Shown in pieces: positions 53,991-64,000 of a DNA stretch of 64,000 nucleotides. How positions within the stretch are numbered: position 1 is the first letter of the stretch; the number at the start of each line of letters is the position of its first letter. The notes under the pieces were generated by a model. That model searched no databases. It worked only from the letters and a program-made list of their open reading frames with translations, and was not told the DNA's origin. The DNA is from Trypanosoma brucei (Eukaryota). Location: contig CM000207.1 in assembly GCA_000002445.1 (NCBI GenBank), positions 320,001 through 384,000 of the forward strand, read 5' to 3'. Position numbers and translations under genes: made by a program.

Positions 53991-54659
53991 GGTAATGGGG
54001 TAACAGTTCAAGCAGTCCAACCACCACAATAATCGTAAACTTTGATGGAACTACGCCTGTCGTCGCGAAGTATACATATATATATATATCAAGTACCGTG
54101 TGAAAGAAGAAACAATAAAATGCAAAGAACTGATGAGCAGCAGAGAAACATTATATAGCAAAGCAGAGGGTATAGCGAATAACATATACACGACCAGAGA
54201 CGCCGAAATTATAAACCGACCACAAAGTGAACAGGCATAATACCATTAAAAAACACACAAAACAGCCGGTGACTAATGTCATAGTAGAAAAAAAAATGAA
54301 AGAAGAAACAGTATGCTACGATAGCGGATGTCGCTTACATCGAATGGCACAGCAATCAGGAACGTTAGGAGGGCACGTAAAAGCATACATGTACTTCCTC
54401 ATAATTGCATATAATCAACAGTTTTTTGTTGTAAGAAAAATATAAAAAATAATAATCTATAAATCCCGCATAAGGTAACAACGCTGAAAAATATGGATTC
54501 ATCGCTTAGCTGTTGTATTCTATTTATCTAACAAGATCCTCTTGTTGCCTCTATGTTAGCCATTTTTTTTTAATTCAAATAAAAACGGCAGTGTACAGCC
54601 CGCCTCTACATCTTCAGCAGACGGGGAAAACAACCACCAGCAACTTCAAAAAAAAAAAG

Positions 54660-56612
54660 CTATCTCACGTCATATGACGACCCTTTATGATGAGAGGGCG
54701 GTGCCGTACCATTCATCATCACACCTGATTTCAAAGTTTTTGGGCGGTTGGAAGCCGCGGCATGCAGGGCGCCGCTACAATTATTGTCGGCATCATCCTC
54801 ATCATCAAAACATAACCTCAAAGCGCAGCTAGCCACTTCATACTCCTCATGATCACTCGGACTGCTGCCCCGGCCGTTAATGCGATGATAGCCGCTAATA
54901 TCACGGCGATATCTTGCGGAGGTAGGCGGCGCAAATGCGAAAGAAGAGTGTGTTGAGGTTCCTAATTGCGCATGATGTTGCCCGGTGGTAGTCCCACTGC
55001 CGTCGCTTGCACTGTTGTGTAACCGAATACCACTGTAACTCACACCATAACTTGATGTCCCAACGTCATCACGACTACACTTCGATGTGGCTGCCGCGGC
55101 TACGACGGGAGTGTGACTGATCGGAGAAGCACTGTGGAGCCACTCACTGTGAGTCTGAGATACGATACTGGGGGTACTTACGTTGCTCAAACTTTGCATG
55201 CATTCTGTTGATCGCAGAGGGCTTATAGTTATGAGGCTTGCGCTCGTACCAGAATAATCATCCACGGGACAACGGACTCTTTCTGTGGTGGCGCGAACTC
55301 GAACAATATCAGAAGCCGAGGGGCAACTCAACGTTGTACTTTTATCCATATCTTTATGGTTGTGGCTGTGGTTGGCGACGCAGTTGGTGCCAGTATGATG
55401 AACCGGCTCCGGAACATTCAACGTGGGTGCTCGGCTGCAGCACCACGACTCTTTTTTCTGCTGAATCCATCGGGTGCCATTTTTGGTTGTGTCAAAACTA
55501 CCTTGGTGTTGTAACACCGGCTCCTCAGCACGTGCTCGGTGCTTACTCTCGATGTAACGGTTGCTTATGCGACAATTACAGTCCCCTCTCATGAACGGGT
55601 GGTTCAACGCCTCCTGGCACGAAAACCGCAAGGCCTCATCCACGCGCAAAAGTCCTTGGAGGAAATGTCGTGCCGTTGGTGACAACTGTGAAGGGTAACG
55701 AATGGCACCGGAGGCAATGCATGAACACACGTCTCGTGCATCTAACATCTCGAAGGGCAGGAAACCGCAAAGCATACGATATGCTACTACACCAACAGCC
55801 CACAAATCAGCTTTGGTAGTGCAACCACGCTTCAGCACTTGTTCAGGTGCTAGATAGTCCAGCGTGCCACAAACCGTATGGCGTCTGCAATACCGAGGGT
55901 CGCTGTTGTTTACGCGCACGGCCCAAGAGAAATCGGCGAGAAGCAGCTTTTCTCCATGAAAAAGGATGTTATCTGGTTTTACATCACGGTGAATAATGTC
56001 CCTCTCGTGCAAAAAAGCCAATGCCGACAGAAGCTGTAGGAGAATGGTACGCACCTTATCATCAGGAAGAGAGGATCTCTGCTCCTTTTCTCTGTAGCAA
56101 TCAAGCAAATCCTGTAGGGTTCCACTATCTGCATATTCTAGCACTAGAACGATCCGCACATCATCCCAAAAGTACGCAAAAAGACGCAGAACATTCTTGT
56201 GGTAGCGCCCAGCGTATTCCTGTAATTCCACTTCACGTTGTAGTTGGTGGGCAAGGCTGTGAAAGCGAATCATATCCTTTGAAATGCATTTGAGGACCAC
56301 AGCGCATTTGCTCTGCTTCTCCCTAGCAAGGTAAACTTTCCCAAAACGGCCTTCGTCAAGTTTTCGTATTATAACAAAATCGTCCAAAGACCACATGGAA
56401 CGGTCCGCTGCGTGGTTCTGATGTTTACCGGGGGAAGGGGTTCGGTTAAATTGAAAACTTGCATCAGATGTCGAAGAAACATTCGCTACGACTGGGGATG
56501 GCGTTTCATCCAACTTAAAAGCTCCCGTGTCGCACCATTTCCCATGGCTGGCAGGAGTTCCTCTCTGCGCGCCGTCGTCACGTAAAGACGGCTCGCACAG
56601 ACGTGTGCTCAT
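54660..56612 (-). CDS. Aurora-family Ser/Thr kinase with an ~75-aa N-terminal and an ~330-aa Ser/Thr-rich C-terminal extension. DFG is replaced by DFS.
   Basis: ATG confirmed. There is a collinear match to the Aurora kinase consensus: FGKVYLAREKQSKCAVVLKCISK, HQLQREVELQ, LRLFAYFWD, HRDVKPDNILF, KLLLADFSWAV, RRHTVCGTLDYLAPE. The activation-loop anchor reads DFS rather than DFG. Confidence 0.85.
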   Translation of the reverse strand: MSTRLCEPSLRDDGAQRGTPASHGKWCDTGAFKLDETPSPVVANVSSTSDASFQFNRTPSPGKHQNHAADRSMWSLDDFVIIRKLDEGRFGKVYLAREKQSKCAVVLKCISKDMIRFHSLAHQLQREVELQEYAGRYHKNVLRLFAYFWDDVRIVLVLEYADSGTLQDLLDCYREKEQRSSLPDDKVRTILLQLLSALAFLHERDIIHRDVKPDNILFHGEKLLLADFSWAVRVNNSDPRYCRRHTVCGTLDYLAPEQVLKRGCTTKADLWAVGVVAYRMLCGFLPFEMLDARDVCSCIASGAIRYPSQLSPTARHFLQGLLRVDEALRFSCQEALNHPFMRGDCNCRISNRYIESKHRARAEEPVLQHQGSFDTTKNGTRWIQQKKESWCCSRAPTLNVPEPVHHTGTNCVANHSHNHKDMDKSTTLSCPSASDIVRVRATTERVRCPVDDYSGTSASLITISPLRSTECMQSLSNVSTPSIVSQTHSEWLHSASPISHTPVVAAAATSKCSRDDVGTSSYGVSYSGIRLHNSASDGSGTTTGQHHAQLGTSTHSSFAFAPPTSARYRRDISGYHRINGRGSSPSDHEEYEVASCALRLCFDDEDDADNNCSGALHAAASNRPKTLKSGVMMNGTAPPSHHKGSSYDVR

Positions 56613-57285
56613 GTATGATCACTATAGCAGGCGAATATATATATATATTTGTGTATAAATATGTGATATATAAAACACCTGAAGGACACAAAAGAAGAAA
56701 CCCTTGTGCCCCCTTCAAAAAAAAAAAAAGAGAAATACTATATATGTTATAACCAATGTCTCCTCCAACGGCCACAAAGATCACTGAAAAAGCAGGGAGG
56801 AGGAAAAAAAAAAGAGAGAGAAACAAAGAAGATGCCAAGGAAAGTAAAAGGAAGTAACAACTCAGAAGCAAAGATAGCACTCGCAACTTGAACAACTTAA
56901 CTCACTCAGCACAAAACTCTTTTTTTTTCTTCAAAAAAAAATGCAACAAGTGAAAAAACAAAACATATATCACTTCTGAGTATCGCGTCACGCGGAGTGC
57001 AACAACACAACTTCATGTTGTTTTGTTTCGCTGTTTTGGTCGCTTCAGCACACACAACTGCCGGCAAGTACCAAATTCCATATCCAACCAAACTGCAAAA
57101 TCACGTGTGCGAAACAAGTACCGGTCGTTAAATTACGAAGGCGAGAAGAGCAAAGAAGTCGCGGAGTTGTAACGTTGCACACTAAAGTGACCGCGTATGT
57201 CCATAAGCAAAGATACCTTCGAAGACTAAGAAAAGAGAACGTCAGAACATCGCTGGTTCGTAGTTATACCCCACGCACCAGTTTC

Positions 57286-58119
57286 TCACTTGGAAATACG
57301 CAGCCGGTTCTCCAGAGCGACAACTTTCGTTTCCAGTTCGTCATTGGCGCGCAGCAAATATAATAGAGCAGGTTCCGCTATCAATTTGTTCAGCGTGTAG
57401 AATTGAGCATCCTGCAAACCGCGTGCCGCCTCTACGGCATCAGCCATCCCACCACATCGCTGACGAACGAGTTCCACAGCCGCCTCCACTTCCGTTCGAA
57501 ACGTTTGCAAAAGCCGGTATGTTATATCAATCACAGGTGGTGATTTGAGCGGCATCTGGGAAATGGGAACAACCTCCAACTCCACCATCTCATGTGTTTC
57601 ACCAGGTCCCGTACGGAAGCAGTGAATAGATGTGGCATTCCGCTGCGTGCTGTCGCAGTAGAAAACACTGAATATGAGACCCACCCATCCACTCTCCAGC
57701 ATTTGGTATGACAGTTGCGAGCGAAGGTCCACGTGCGAGGGATATGGTGTAATACGTGGATGGCTGTGATACCAACCTATAACCCGTGTATGTGTCCCCA
57801 CTAACTCTGTGCAACGCTCTGCTTCCTCACTAGCGCCGGAAAGCACCTCAGGCGCAGTTTCCACACGGTCCGAGCGACGCACGCTGCGCTGCACTACCCA
57901 CGAATCCCACACGTTGGCTTCCTTGTATAAAATAGGGCTGGAACGGAAATCTTCACTTCCAACATCCGAATATGGATCGGAGTCCTTTGCAACACATATT
58001 TCCCCGAGCAGTAAACCCATCACCTCCTCCTGCTCCGTGGAGAATGCATGGGCGTAGCATGCCTGAACAACCGTGTCCGCCACACGGACCTTTTTCAATG
58101 GCGCATGCTTCGCCTCCAT
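57286..58119 (-). CDS. JAMM/MPN+ metalloprotease, BRCC36 (BRCC3)-like K63-deubiquitinase.
   Basis: ATG confirmed. The JAMM motif is present: E in EEVMGLLLGE, then HSHPRITPYPSHVD (H-x-H-x7-S-x2-D). Beyond the motif it is collinear with human BRCC36: ALSTE.EEVMGL..GE ... DRVEISPEQLSAAS.EAERL.EL.G...RV.GWYHSHP.IT..PSHVD.R.Q..YQM...GFVGLIFS.F. Confidence 0.85.
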   Translation of the reverse strand: MEAKHAPLKKVRVADTVVQACYAHAFSTEQEEVMGLLLGEICVAKDSDPYSDVGSEDFRSSPILYKEANVWDSWVVQRSVRRSDRVETAPEVLSGASEEAERCTELVGTHTRVIGWYHSHPRITPYPSHVDLRSQLSYQMLESGWVGLIFSVFYCDSTQRNATSIHCFRTGPGETHEMVELEVVPISQMPLKSPPVIDITYRLLQTFRTEVEAAVELVRQRCGGMADAVEAARGLQDAQFYTLNKLIAEPALLYLLRANDELETKVVALENRLRISK

Positions 58120-59048
58120 GAAGAAGGGAAGTCACACTACGAAACAGGGGGAGAAGGAAAAGAAAATTCGCAGATCCAGACTTCGCATCCACATCGGAAG
58201 CACAACAGAATTTAAAAAAACAAATATATATATATATGTATGTGTGTGTGTATGTATGTATGTATAGAAGAAGAGACGCAGGGATACGGTCAAACAGTTA
58301 TCGATGAACTTATGCACACTGTGCCGAAGATGACACGAGCAAAATCAAACAACTCAGTACAGCAGATGGAAAACCAACGAAATGGCACCGACACACAAGC
58401 GCATGTACATGTAAACACACGCGGAAATTTATACGAAATATATATATATATATGACAATGGGGAAGCCGACTTTTACTCCCTTTTCCTTTGTTTCCTCAT
58501 GTGAAATGATCGAGATGATATCAGCGGTTACGGGGAGTTTGGAGGACAAATAAATAAGTAAGAACAGCAAACTAAAATCACCGACGCGGACAACTACCAA
58601 CACAAAAATATACAGCCCGGTTACACATATGCGTATGCGGAGGCATAGGTACTTGTATAACATGGATGTATGCATATGCACCTGAATGCAAAAAAATGTA
58701 GATATATAGATAAGGATATAGATATAGATATATAAGACTGGAGCAATTAACAACCTAACACACACGCTGCATAGTCACTTCATAAACATTCCACTACGCT
58801 GCAACCACTGGTTCTTGGCACCTCCCATCCTCCTACTCTATATAATTATTCCATCTCCCTTTTTGTACCTTCCTCGTTTTTTATTCCCCTGTATAGTCGA
58901 CATTGTTGCCGTCTATGTCCTCTAAAAAACACCCAAAAACAAGTAACGAAACACCAAATGAAATTTAAAAAAAAACGCACAAGCTGGCGCACATAACCTC
59001 TATGTACAAACTCGTTGGAAAAGAGCTCCACACGTCTCAACTGCATTC

Positions 59049-60854
59049 TTACAATTGGGTTTGTCCAATTGATTGGCATTTACTGAAACCTTGATTCTCT
59101 ATAACTGTGCGGAACAAAGACACTACAGTGTGCTGCGGTAGTTCACCAACAAGCTCCCATACCTGTGGCTCCTCTTGAAGCAGAGTGAAAAAATTTCCCC
59201 CCACATATTTGATGGCACGCTCGTGTAACTCCGGGACCTGATGTTTTGTTGAGTACATGAGCATTCGGAGAGCGTTCTGATAATTAAATGCCTCGTCGGC
59301 CTCTTTTTTTAACTGTCCATCCATACCAAATACGGCATGCATCTTCAGAACAATGGCAACATCCTCCGCCGAAAAGTCGTGTTGAGAATCGATGTGGTGA
59401 GAGTAAATAGCCGCGAGCAGCTTGTGCCATGCGCGTTGAGAAAAGTCAAACTCCTCCGAAGTGAATGACAGCTGAGATGACGGCAATTTGGAGCCCATTG
59501 CCTGTGAGAAAAGAATGCAACGTGAGGCAAGAACAAACCGATGAGCCTTCAGCACAAACTTCTGGGGACCAACAGTTAAATTTATGTCACTGTATTCACC
59601 AGACTCTGCCAACCACGTCAACTGCTTGCTAAGAGTATTCTTTACGGCGGGAATGCAAATTGGCGGCACCGTCTCCTGGCTGCGAAGTATCAGTGACAGT
59701 CGACGGAAGAGGTGACCGGGTATTTCCTCAAACTTCGGGTCTTGAATGAGTGTGTCGTAGTTTTCAAGCAGTGCCGACAAATAGAGTGCATTAAGCACCT
59801 CATCAGCCGCGTTAAATCGCGTCAACGCAATGTTAAGGATATTTTCGGACGTCAGAAGCGGCTCCACGAACCTCACACACAGGCTGCAAAGATCATAGAA
59901 TTCGCAGGCAGCTGCCAGAAGATACAAATCTAAAAGCGCCTCCGCCGACATAACGCCTTGCTCCGGGAGTTCTTCCGTGTATATGTAACGAAGGAAGGCG
60001 GAAAAAACAGCCGACGATACGGAAATGGCAACACTACATCCGGGTTGTAATGGTAGTATTGCAGCTGGAAGGATGGGGCGCATACGGGCAGCCACGATGC
60101 AGCGATGTGCCTTAAAACAACCGCCTTCCACTTCAAATGTCATATCCGCAAGCCCCTCCAGATGCTCGAAAGGGTATAAAAGGGGCGCCCGCAATGGTAT
60201 AGTCAAAGGACTTGGGATGAAGCTATTCCCAGGGGCTTGTGTGAAACGTTGGTTGTTTGAAGGAGAGCGGTGCACACTGCCGTTCACTCGGTCCCCGGCG
60301 TGACCTCTACGAGCGGAAGAATCTGCATCTCGATGTCGATCCACATTTGCAGGACATGGGTTAGAGGAAATGCTGAGGGAGCGCCTCCGCTGCGACTCAT
60401 TTGTATCACAAACCATTAGCAAAACCTCTATATCTATGAAGTAAGCATTGGATGCTTCATCTCGGTAAAGAAACTCACTCTGCGCACCAGTCAGTTGTCG
60501 GAGTGGCACGAAATGATTCACTCCCCACGCGCTACCGGTTTTCTGAAAGGTGCACCTAAATGTGGAACTCTTTGACAACCGTGTGTCCATATAGCACACC
60601 AAAGTTAATTTGAATTGAGCCACTACATGCTGTTGCGTGCAGAGTTGGAGATGTACAGAAAGGTAGGGCTCGTTAGATGGTGGAGCGCAACGCTGCTGAA
60701 GATGCAGCCGCCACAGATGATCCCCAATCCCGAATTTTGGACTGCAGTGAACAGTATCCGTCCTAGCAATTGTTTGTAGGATCTGTACAGGGCAGCTGTA
60801 GCGAAACCGGACGCTGTTGTTCGCAAGTACCTCCACCGTCTCAAGTAGTTCCAT
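59049..60854 (-). CDS. MATH-domain protein with two BTB/POZ domains (SPOP-like architecture, putative cullin-3 substrate adaptor).
   Basis: ATG confirmed. The N-terminus FRYSCPVQ...SPKFGIGDHLWRLHL is MATH-like. DMTFEVEGGCFKAHRCIVAARMRPI and DINLTVGPQKFVLKAHRFVLASRCILF are two BTB cores (D..L.V....F.AHR.VLAA.S..F). Confidence 0.7.
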   Translation of the reverse strand: MELLETVEVLANNSVRFRYSCPVQILQTIARTDTVHCSPKFGIGDHLWRLHLQQRCAPPSNEPYLSVHLQLCTQQHVVAQFKLTLVCYMDTRLSKSSTFRCTFQKTGSAWGVNHFVPLRQLTGAQSEFLYRDEASNAYFIDIEVLLMVCDTNESQRRRSLSISSNPCPANVDRHRDADSSARRGHAGDRVNGSVHRSPSNNQRFTQAPGNSFIPSPLTIPLRAPLLYPFEHLEGLADMTFEVEGGCFKAHRCIVAARMRPILPAAILPLQPGCSVAISVSSAVFSAFLRYIYTEELPEQGVMSAEALLDLYLLAAACEFYDLCSLCVRFVEPLLTSENILNIALTRFNAADEVLNALYLSALLENYDTLIQDPKFEEIPGHLFRRLSLILRSQETVPPICIPAVKNTLSKQLTWLAESGEYSDINLTVGPQKFVLKAHRFVLASRCILFSQAMGSKLPSSQLSFTSEEFDFSQRAWHKLLAAIYSHHIDSQHDFSAEDVAIVLKMHAVFGMDGQLKKEADEAFNYQNALRMLMYSTKHQVPELHERAIKYVGGNFFTLLQEEPQVWELVGELPQHTVVSLFRTVIENQGFSKCQSIGQTQL

Positions 60855-61367
60855 GACTTCTGTGCTCTAGGTACAACAACTCGGAGCAAAGACAAAGAAG
60901 AAAAAAAAAGAGAGGGGGAAGGAAATAAGTAATTGCATACGCACCCCCACGTACAACTTAAATCAGGAAGGTTCACTGCTAGTTAAGACGCTCGTATATA
61001 AAGTTTTCTTTTTTGAAAAAAATATATATATGTATCGTGTACTCCCGCACTCATCCCCTCTACTCACCCCTATCACGCAATCCCACTCTAATATTCTGAC
61101 CCCAAGTAGGGAAAGCTGTATATACAAATTTTCATCTATCCAGATCCATTCAACTTCAGTGACCGATTTGGCAGTAAAATTGCGAAGACAAGGGCATATC
61201 GAACCAAACAGACACACACACAAAAAAAAAAAGAAGAACTTGTAGGACAAAAAAACTGGGGAAGGGTAACAGAAAAACAAAAGCATATAACAGGCTCAAC
61301 TCTACGGAAGAAGTATCGAACTGAAAGGTGTGTTGAACAGGACATGTGCCTTCATAAAGTCCCGTAC

Positions 61368-62765
61368 CTAAGAAGTTACGTCAGCGCAGTTGTCTTTTTC
61401 TGGAAGCGACTCCAGAAGATTTTCGGCAATGGTCCGGAGATGTTCAACTTGCTTCATGATGCGAGAGTAGGCGTTGCCGGTTGCTCGCCCATCAAGCCAT
61501 TCTGACACCTCCCGCAAGCGGTCTGCATACTCACGCTGAGCAACAAACTGTGCATCGCCTGCAAATGTATGTGTAAGCAAAGACAATGGTGTCAACAGCG
61601 TGCGACGCAGCGCCCCTTCGAGATGTGCCACAAACTCCTCAGAGAGACTAAGCTTACATATGTGGTGCATTACGATGGAAACGTTGCTAAACTCCTTCAA
61701 TAGTGAGGCGCAGTTCTCTTGCAACCGCTCAGGTAAATGCTCATGACCGGCGACAGGGTGGCTCGACACAGCGCATGCTTTCGTGAGTATACGTTTCACT
61801 CGCAGCTCGAAAACGTTAGCCCAGCGCCTGCATCCCTCCTCCACACCCGATAATGAATGAGTTTGCCGCAAAGCTTCCCGAGTTTTTTGATATGTAGACA
61901 CGGCAAGTTCAATCCACTCCCGATTTACCTCCATTAGGGCGTCGCGAATCGTCTGGTTCGGTTCTAGCAGTTCACTTCGCTCCAATAACACAAGGAAGTT
62001 GGTGTCCATCACATTTACGTTCGAGGCAAAGGAAGCACAGAATTCTCGAAGGTCTTCCAACGACTTTAACTCCTTCAACGTGGCTATCTGTTCCTGGCAC
62101 CAAAGTAGAAGTTTTTTTTGATCCCTCAGCAAGTCGGAGACGCACTCACGTTGAAGTTGGCGGCGGTGCCTTTCGCGGTTTAAAAGAGCATTAACACGCA
62201 ACTGCATTTTGGCGATCAGCTCTAACTGATCGCGAAGAACGCTAGGAGAAAGTGACGTACTATCTTCCCCTGCGTTATCAAGTTCCATGATAACGGATGT
62301 TGCCGAAGAAGAGAGTGGAGGCCAAAGATCAAATGAACTGTTAATGCCCGCCTCCTGTTGAACGGTGGTGACAATTGTGTACGGGGAACACATTAGTGCA
62401 TTTGATACGCGCTCCCTGTAGTGTGCTAATTCATTATACGCCGCGGCCCATCGGCGAGCCAATCCATTGTGATGCGACTCTCCCAATGTTTTACCGCGGA
62501 GTTGTTGTATCTTCTGCGTCAACTCCTCACGACGGCGTTGAGCTTCAGCGCACCTTGCCTTCGCAGCTGCACGCCGCTCTTCCACAGTTTGTGAAACGAA
62601 GTGTTCCACAAACTGTTTCTGTCTTCTCAACGCCTGCATTTCCGCTTCGGCAAGACGCACATGCGCCTCCAAGGACTCACCACTCGCAGGGTCTAATAAA
62701 TAAATATCATGGCAAAGGCTCCCAATCTCGGCCTTCGCTATAGTTTTCAAGTTGTACCCCGTCAT
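61368..62765 (-). CDS. Hypothetical coiled-coil protein (465 aa).
   Basis: ATG confirmed. Long helical, charged segments; no recognisable catalytic motif. Confidence 0.65.
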   Translation of the reverse strand: MTGYNLKTIAKAEIGSLCHDIYLLDPASGESLEAHVRLAEAEMQALRRQKQFVEHFVSQTVEERRAAAKARCAEAQRRREELTQKIQQLRGKTLGESHHNGLARRWAAAYNELAHYRERVSNALMCSPYTIVTTVQQEAGINSSFDLWPPLSSSATSVIMELDNAGEDSTSLSPSVLRDQLELIAKMQLRVNALLNRERHRRQLQRECVSDLLRDQKKLLLWCQEQIATLKELKSLEDLREFCASFASNVNVMDTNFLVLLERSELLEPNQTIRDALMEVNREWIELAVSTYQKTREALRQTHSLSGVEEGCRRWANVFELRVKRILTKACAVSSHPVAGHEHLPERLQENCASLLKEFSNVSIVMHHICKLSLSEEFVAHLEGALRRTLLTPLSLLTHTFAGDAQFVAQREYADRLREVSEWLDGRATGNAYSRIMKQVEHLRTIAENLLESLPEKDNCADVTS

Positions 62766-62975
62766 TAACTTTAAGTACTTTTCCTTTCCCCTCTACGCTC
62801 TATTACTGGTAGTGCAACTCCACACTGAGGTGCCCGTGCGAAGTGTTGTAAAAAGAACACCTCACACTTGTTAAGCCTCTCACGCACCCAGAAATCGGAA
62901 TGCTTCGTTTAACACCCCACGCGTCTCTTATTTGTACCCTCGGCGTCCCACTAACCAACCTTGAGAATATTGAGA

Positions 62976-63006
<31 letters not shown>

Positions 63007-63452
63007 CTATATGTATATGTCTGTGAGATGGGTAAGATAAGTGACCTGTAAAAAGTATGAATTAGACCAAATTGTAAATAAGAAAGACGAAAATAGAGAA
63101 ACAGGGAAAGCAAAGCTACTGCTACTGCTGTTGTTGTTATTTTGGTGTTCAACACGTGTAATCAACAGACTGGAGTGTTACACGAACGTTAACGTGAAGC
63201 GCACGGGATTCAGGAAACTTGTCACGGCGAGCGTCAACTTGGTAGTGACTCCCCACGCATTAGCACAGCATCAAAATGGGAGGCAACCCCTGACCATATT
63301 ACTCACTGAATGGATGCAAACCACGATGACACACCAAAGTTGTGTAGCCTTTAAACATACACACATAAAGAACTGGTATAAACCGCACCAAATATTATAC
63401 GTGGACTGTGGCTTCATTGTTTTCTTTCCCTTTGCTTCCTCACAGCCACTGT

Positions 63453-64000
63453 TTAAAAGGAAGTATCACTGTTAAAGCAAAGTAAGTTATACCAGTTGCT
63501 GTAACGCGTACAGTCCTCGTATATGTACTGCATAGATGTGCGCATCGTTGGTTGCAGCGCCTCCCTGTGGTATAAGAAAAGGGGCATCACGAACATCCAC
63601 AGCACACCCGAGTACAACCGAAATGCCCAAGGAGGTGGGTGAACAGAGGTTGTAACAGCCAACCTCTCCATTAGAATGAAAAACAACGCACTTAATATGC
63701 GGGAGAGGATGTACATACTCATCTGGACAGTCACAGCACCTTGTTCACCCCAATACAAGCAACCAATAATGAACCCCGCCACCACGCTATGCCAGGGTCG
63801 TTGCCTCCCCTCTACCAAAGCCATTAGCGAGCGGAGCAGCGAAAACGTGAAAGCAGTGGCACCCAGTCGAAGGGCGTGCTGACGCGTGGCATCGAATACG
63901 CGACGGGCAATGACGCTGTACGGTGCGCTACTCCAAACCAAGTTGAGCACAAGGGCATGAGGAGCGCGAATACGAGCGCCGTAGACAAATCCGTTGCGGA
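63453..64000 (-). CDS. C-terminal part of a small polytopic membrane protein, possibly of the Tim17/Tim22/Tim23/PMP24 family. The ORF runs off the window end.
   Basis: The track start at 63950 is GTG and the frame stays open to position 64000, so the true N-terminus lies outside the window. There are 3-4 hydrophobic segments and a Gly-rich GFIIGCLYWGEQG stretch. Confidence 0.45.
   Translation of the reverse strand, partial: RNGFVYGARIRAPHALVLNLVWSSAPYSVIARRVFDATRQHALRLGATAFTFSLLRSLMALVEGRQRPWHSVVAGFIIGCLYWGEQGAVTVQMSMYILSRILSALFFILMERLAVTTSVHPPPWAFRLYSGVLWMFVMPLFLYHREALQPTMRTSMQYIYEDCTRYSNWYNLLCFNSDTSF

Noticed and set aside
58310-58765. 151-aa minus ORF (MCVRLLIAPVLYIYIYILIYI...).
   Set aside because: It is the translation of (TA)n/(TG)n microsatellite-rich spacer DNA and is low complexity.
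6351-60854. Apparent clustering of ubiquitin/DNA-damage genes (BRCT protein, UBL protein, J-UBZ4 protein, BRCC36-like DUB, MATH-BTB adaptor) as a functional module.
   Set aside because: Trypanosomatid polycistrons are not organised by function, and the genes are tens of kb apart with unrelated genes between them. I treat this as coincidence unless co-regulation data say otherwise.
1-64000. A prokaryotic-style novel defence or biosynthetic system, as suggested by the task prior.
   Set aside because: The window is eukaryotic (kinetoplastid-like). It has no operon structure, no CRISPR repeats and no phage hallmarks. The genes have eukaryotic signalling and ubiquitin functions. Co-directionality reflects polycistronic pol II transcription, not functional clustering.

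Overview
This 64-kb window does not look prokaryotic. It reads as a kinetoplastid nuclear chromosome segment, most like an African trypanosome (Trypanosoma brucei-like). The evidence is ~46-50% GC, no introns, long intergenic spacers full of (TA)n/(CA)n/(GA)n microsatellites and homopolymer runs, and purine-rich plus-strand stretches (polypyrimidine on the coding strand) with AG immediately upstream of each ORF. From ~6.35 kb to the right edge every confident gene (about 27 CDS) is on the minus strand, so this is a single directional polycistronic transcription unit read right to left. I found no CRISPR array, no operon logic and no phage or defence-island architecture. The exciting-system prior is therefore not supported; what is interesting here is eukaryotic.

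Recognisable products include:
- two BRCT-like regions at the C-terminus of a long coiled-coil protein;
- a ubiquitin-like-domain protein;
- DPH3 (CSL zinc finger);
- an FAD-dependent monooxygenase;
- a polytopic membrane protein;
- a NEK-like kinase;
- an unusual ATP-grasp + SET-domain fusion;
- a calcineurin-A-like PPP phosphatase;
- a J-domain protein with zinc ribbons and a UBZ4 finger;
- a FYVE-like zinc-finger kinase;
- a double-CHCH (4x CX9C) NDUFA8-like protein;
- a 1605-aa coiled-coil giant with a perfect internal 1209-bp-period tandem duplication;
- phosphatidylinositol synthase;
- an Aurora-family kinase with a DFG-to-DFS substitution and a long C-terminal tail;
- a BRCC36-like JAMM/MPN+ deubiquitinase;
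- a MATH + double-BTB protein.

The left ~6.3 kb has no confident gene. It carries a CA/GT strand-skewed block, an ESAG8/LRRP-like leucine-rich-repeat pseudogene fragment and telomere-like hexamer pairs. This fits a transcription-termination, strand-switch or subtelomere-like end of the unit.

The supplied ORF track evidently allows TTG/GTG starts (translated as M), so several gene starts are moved to the first in-frame ATG.
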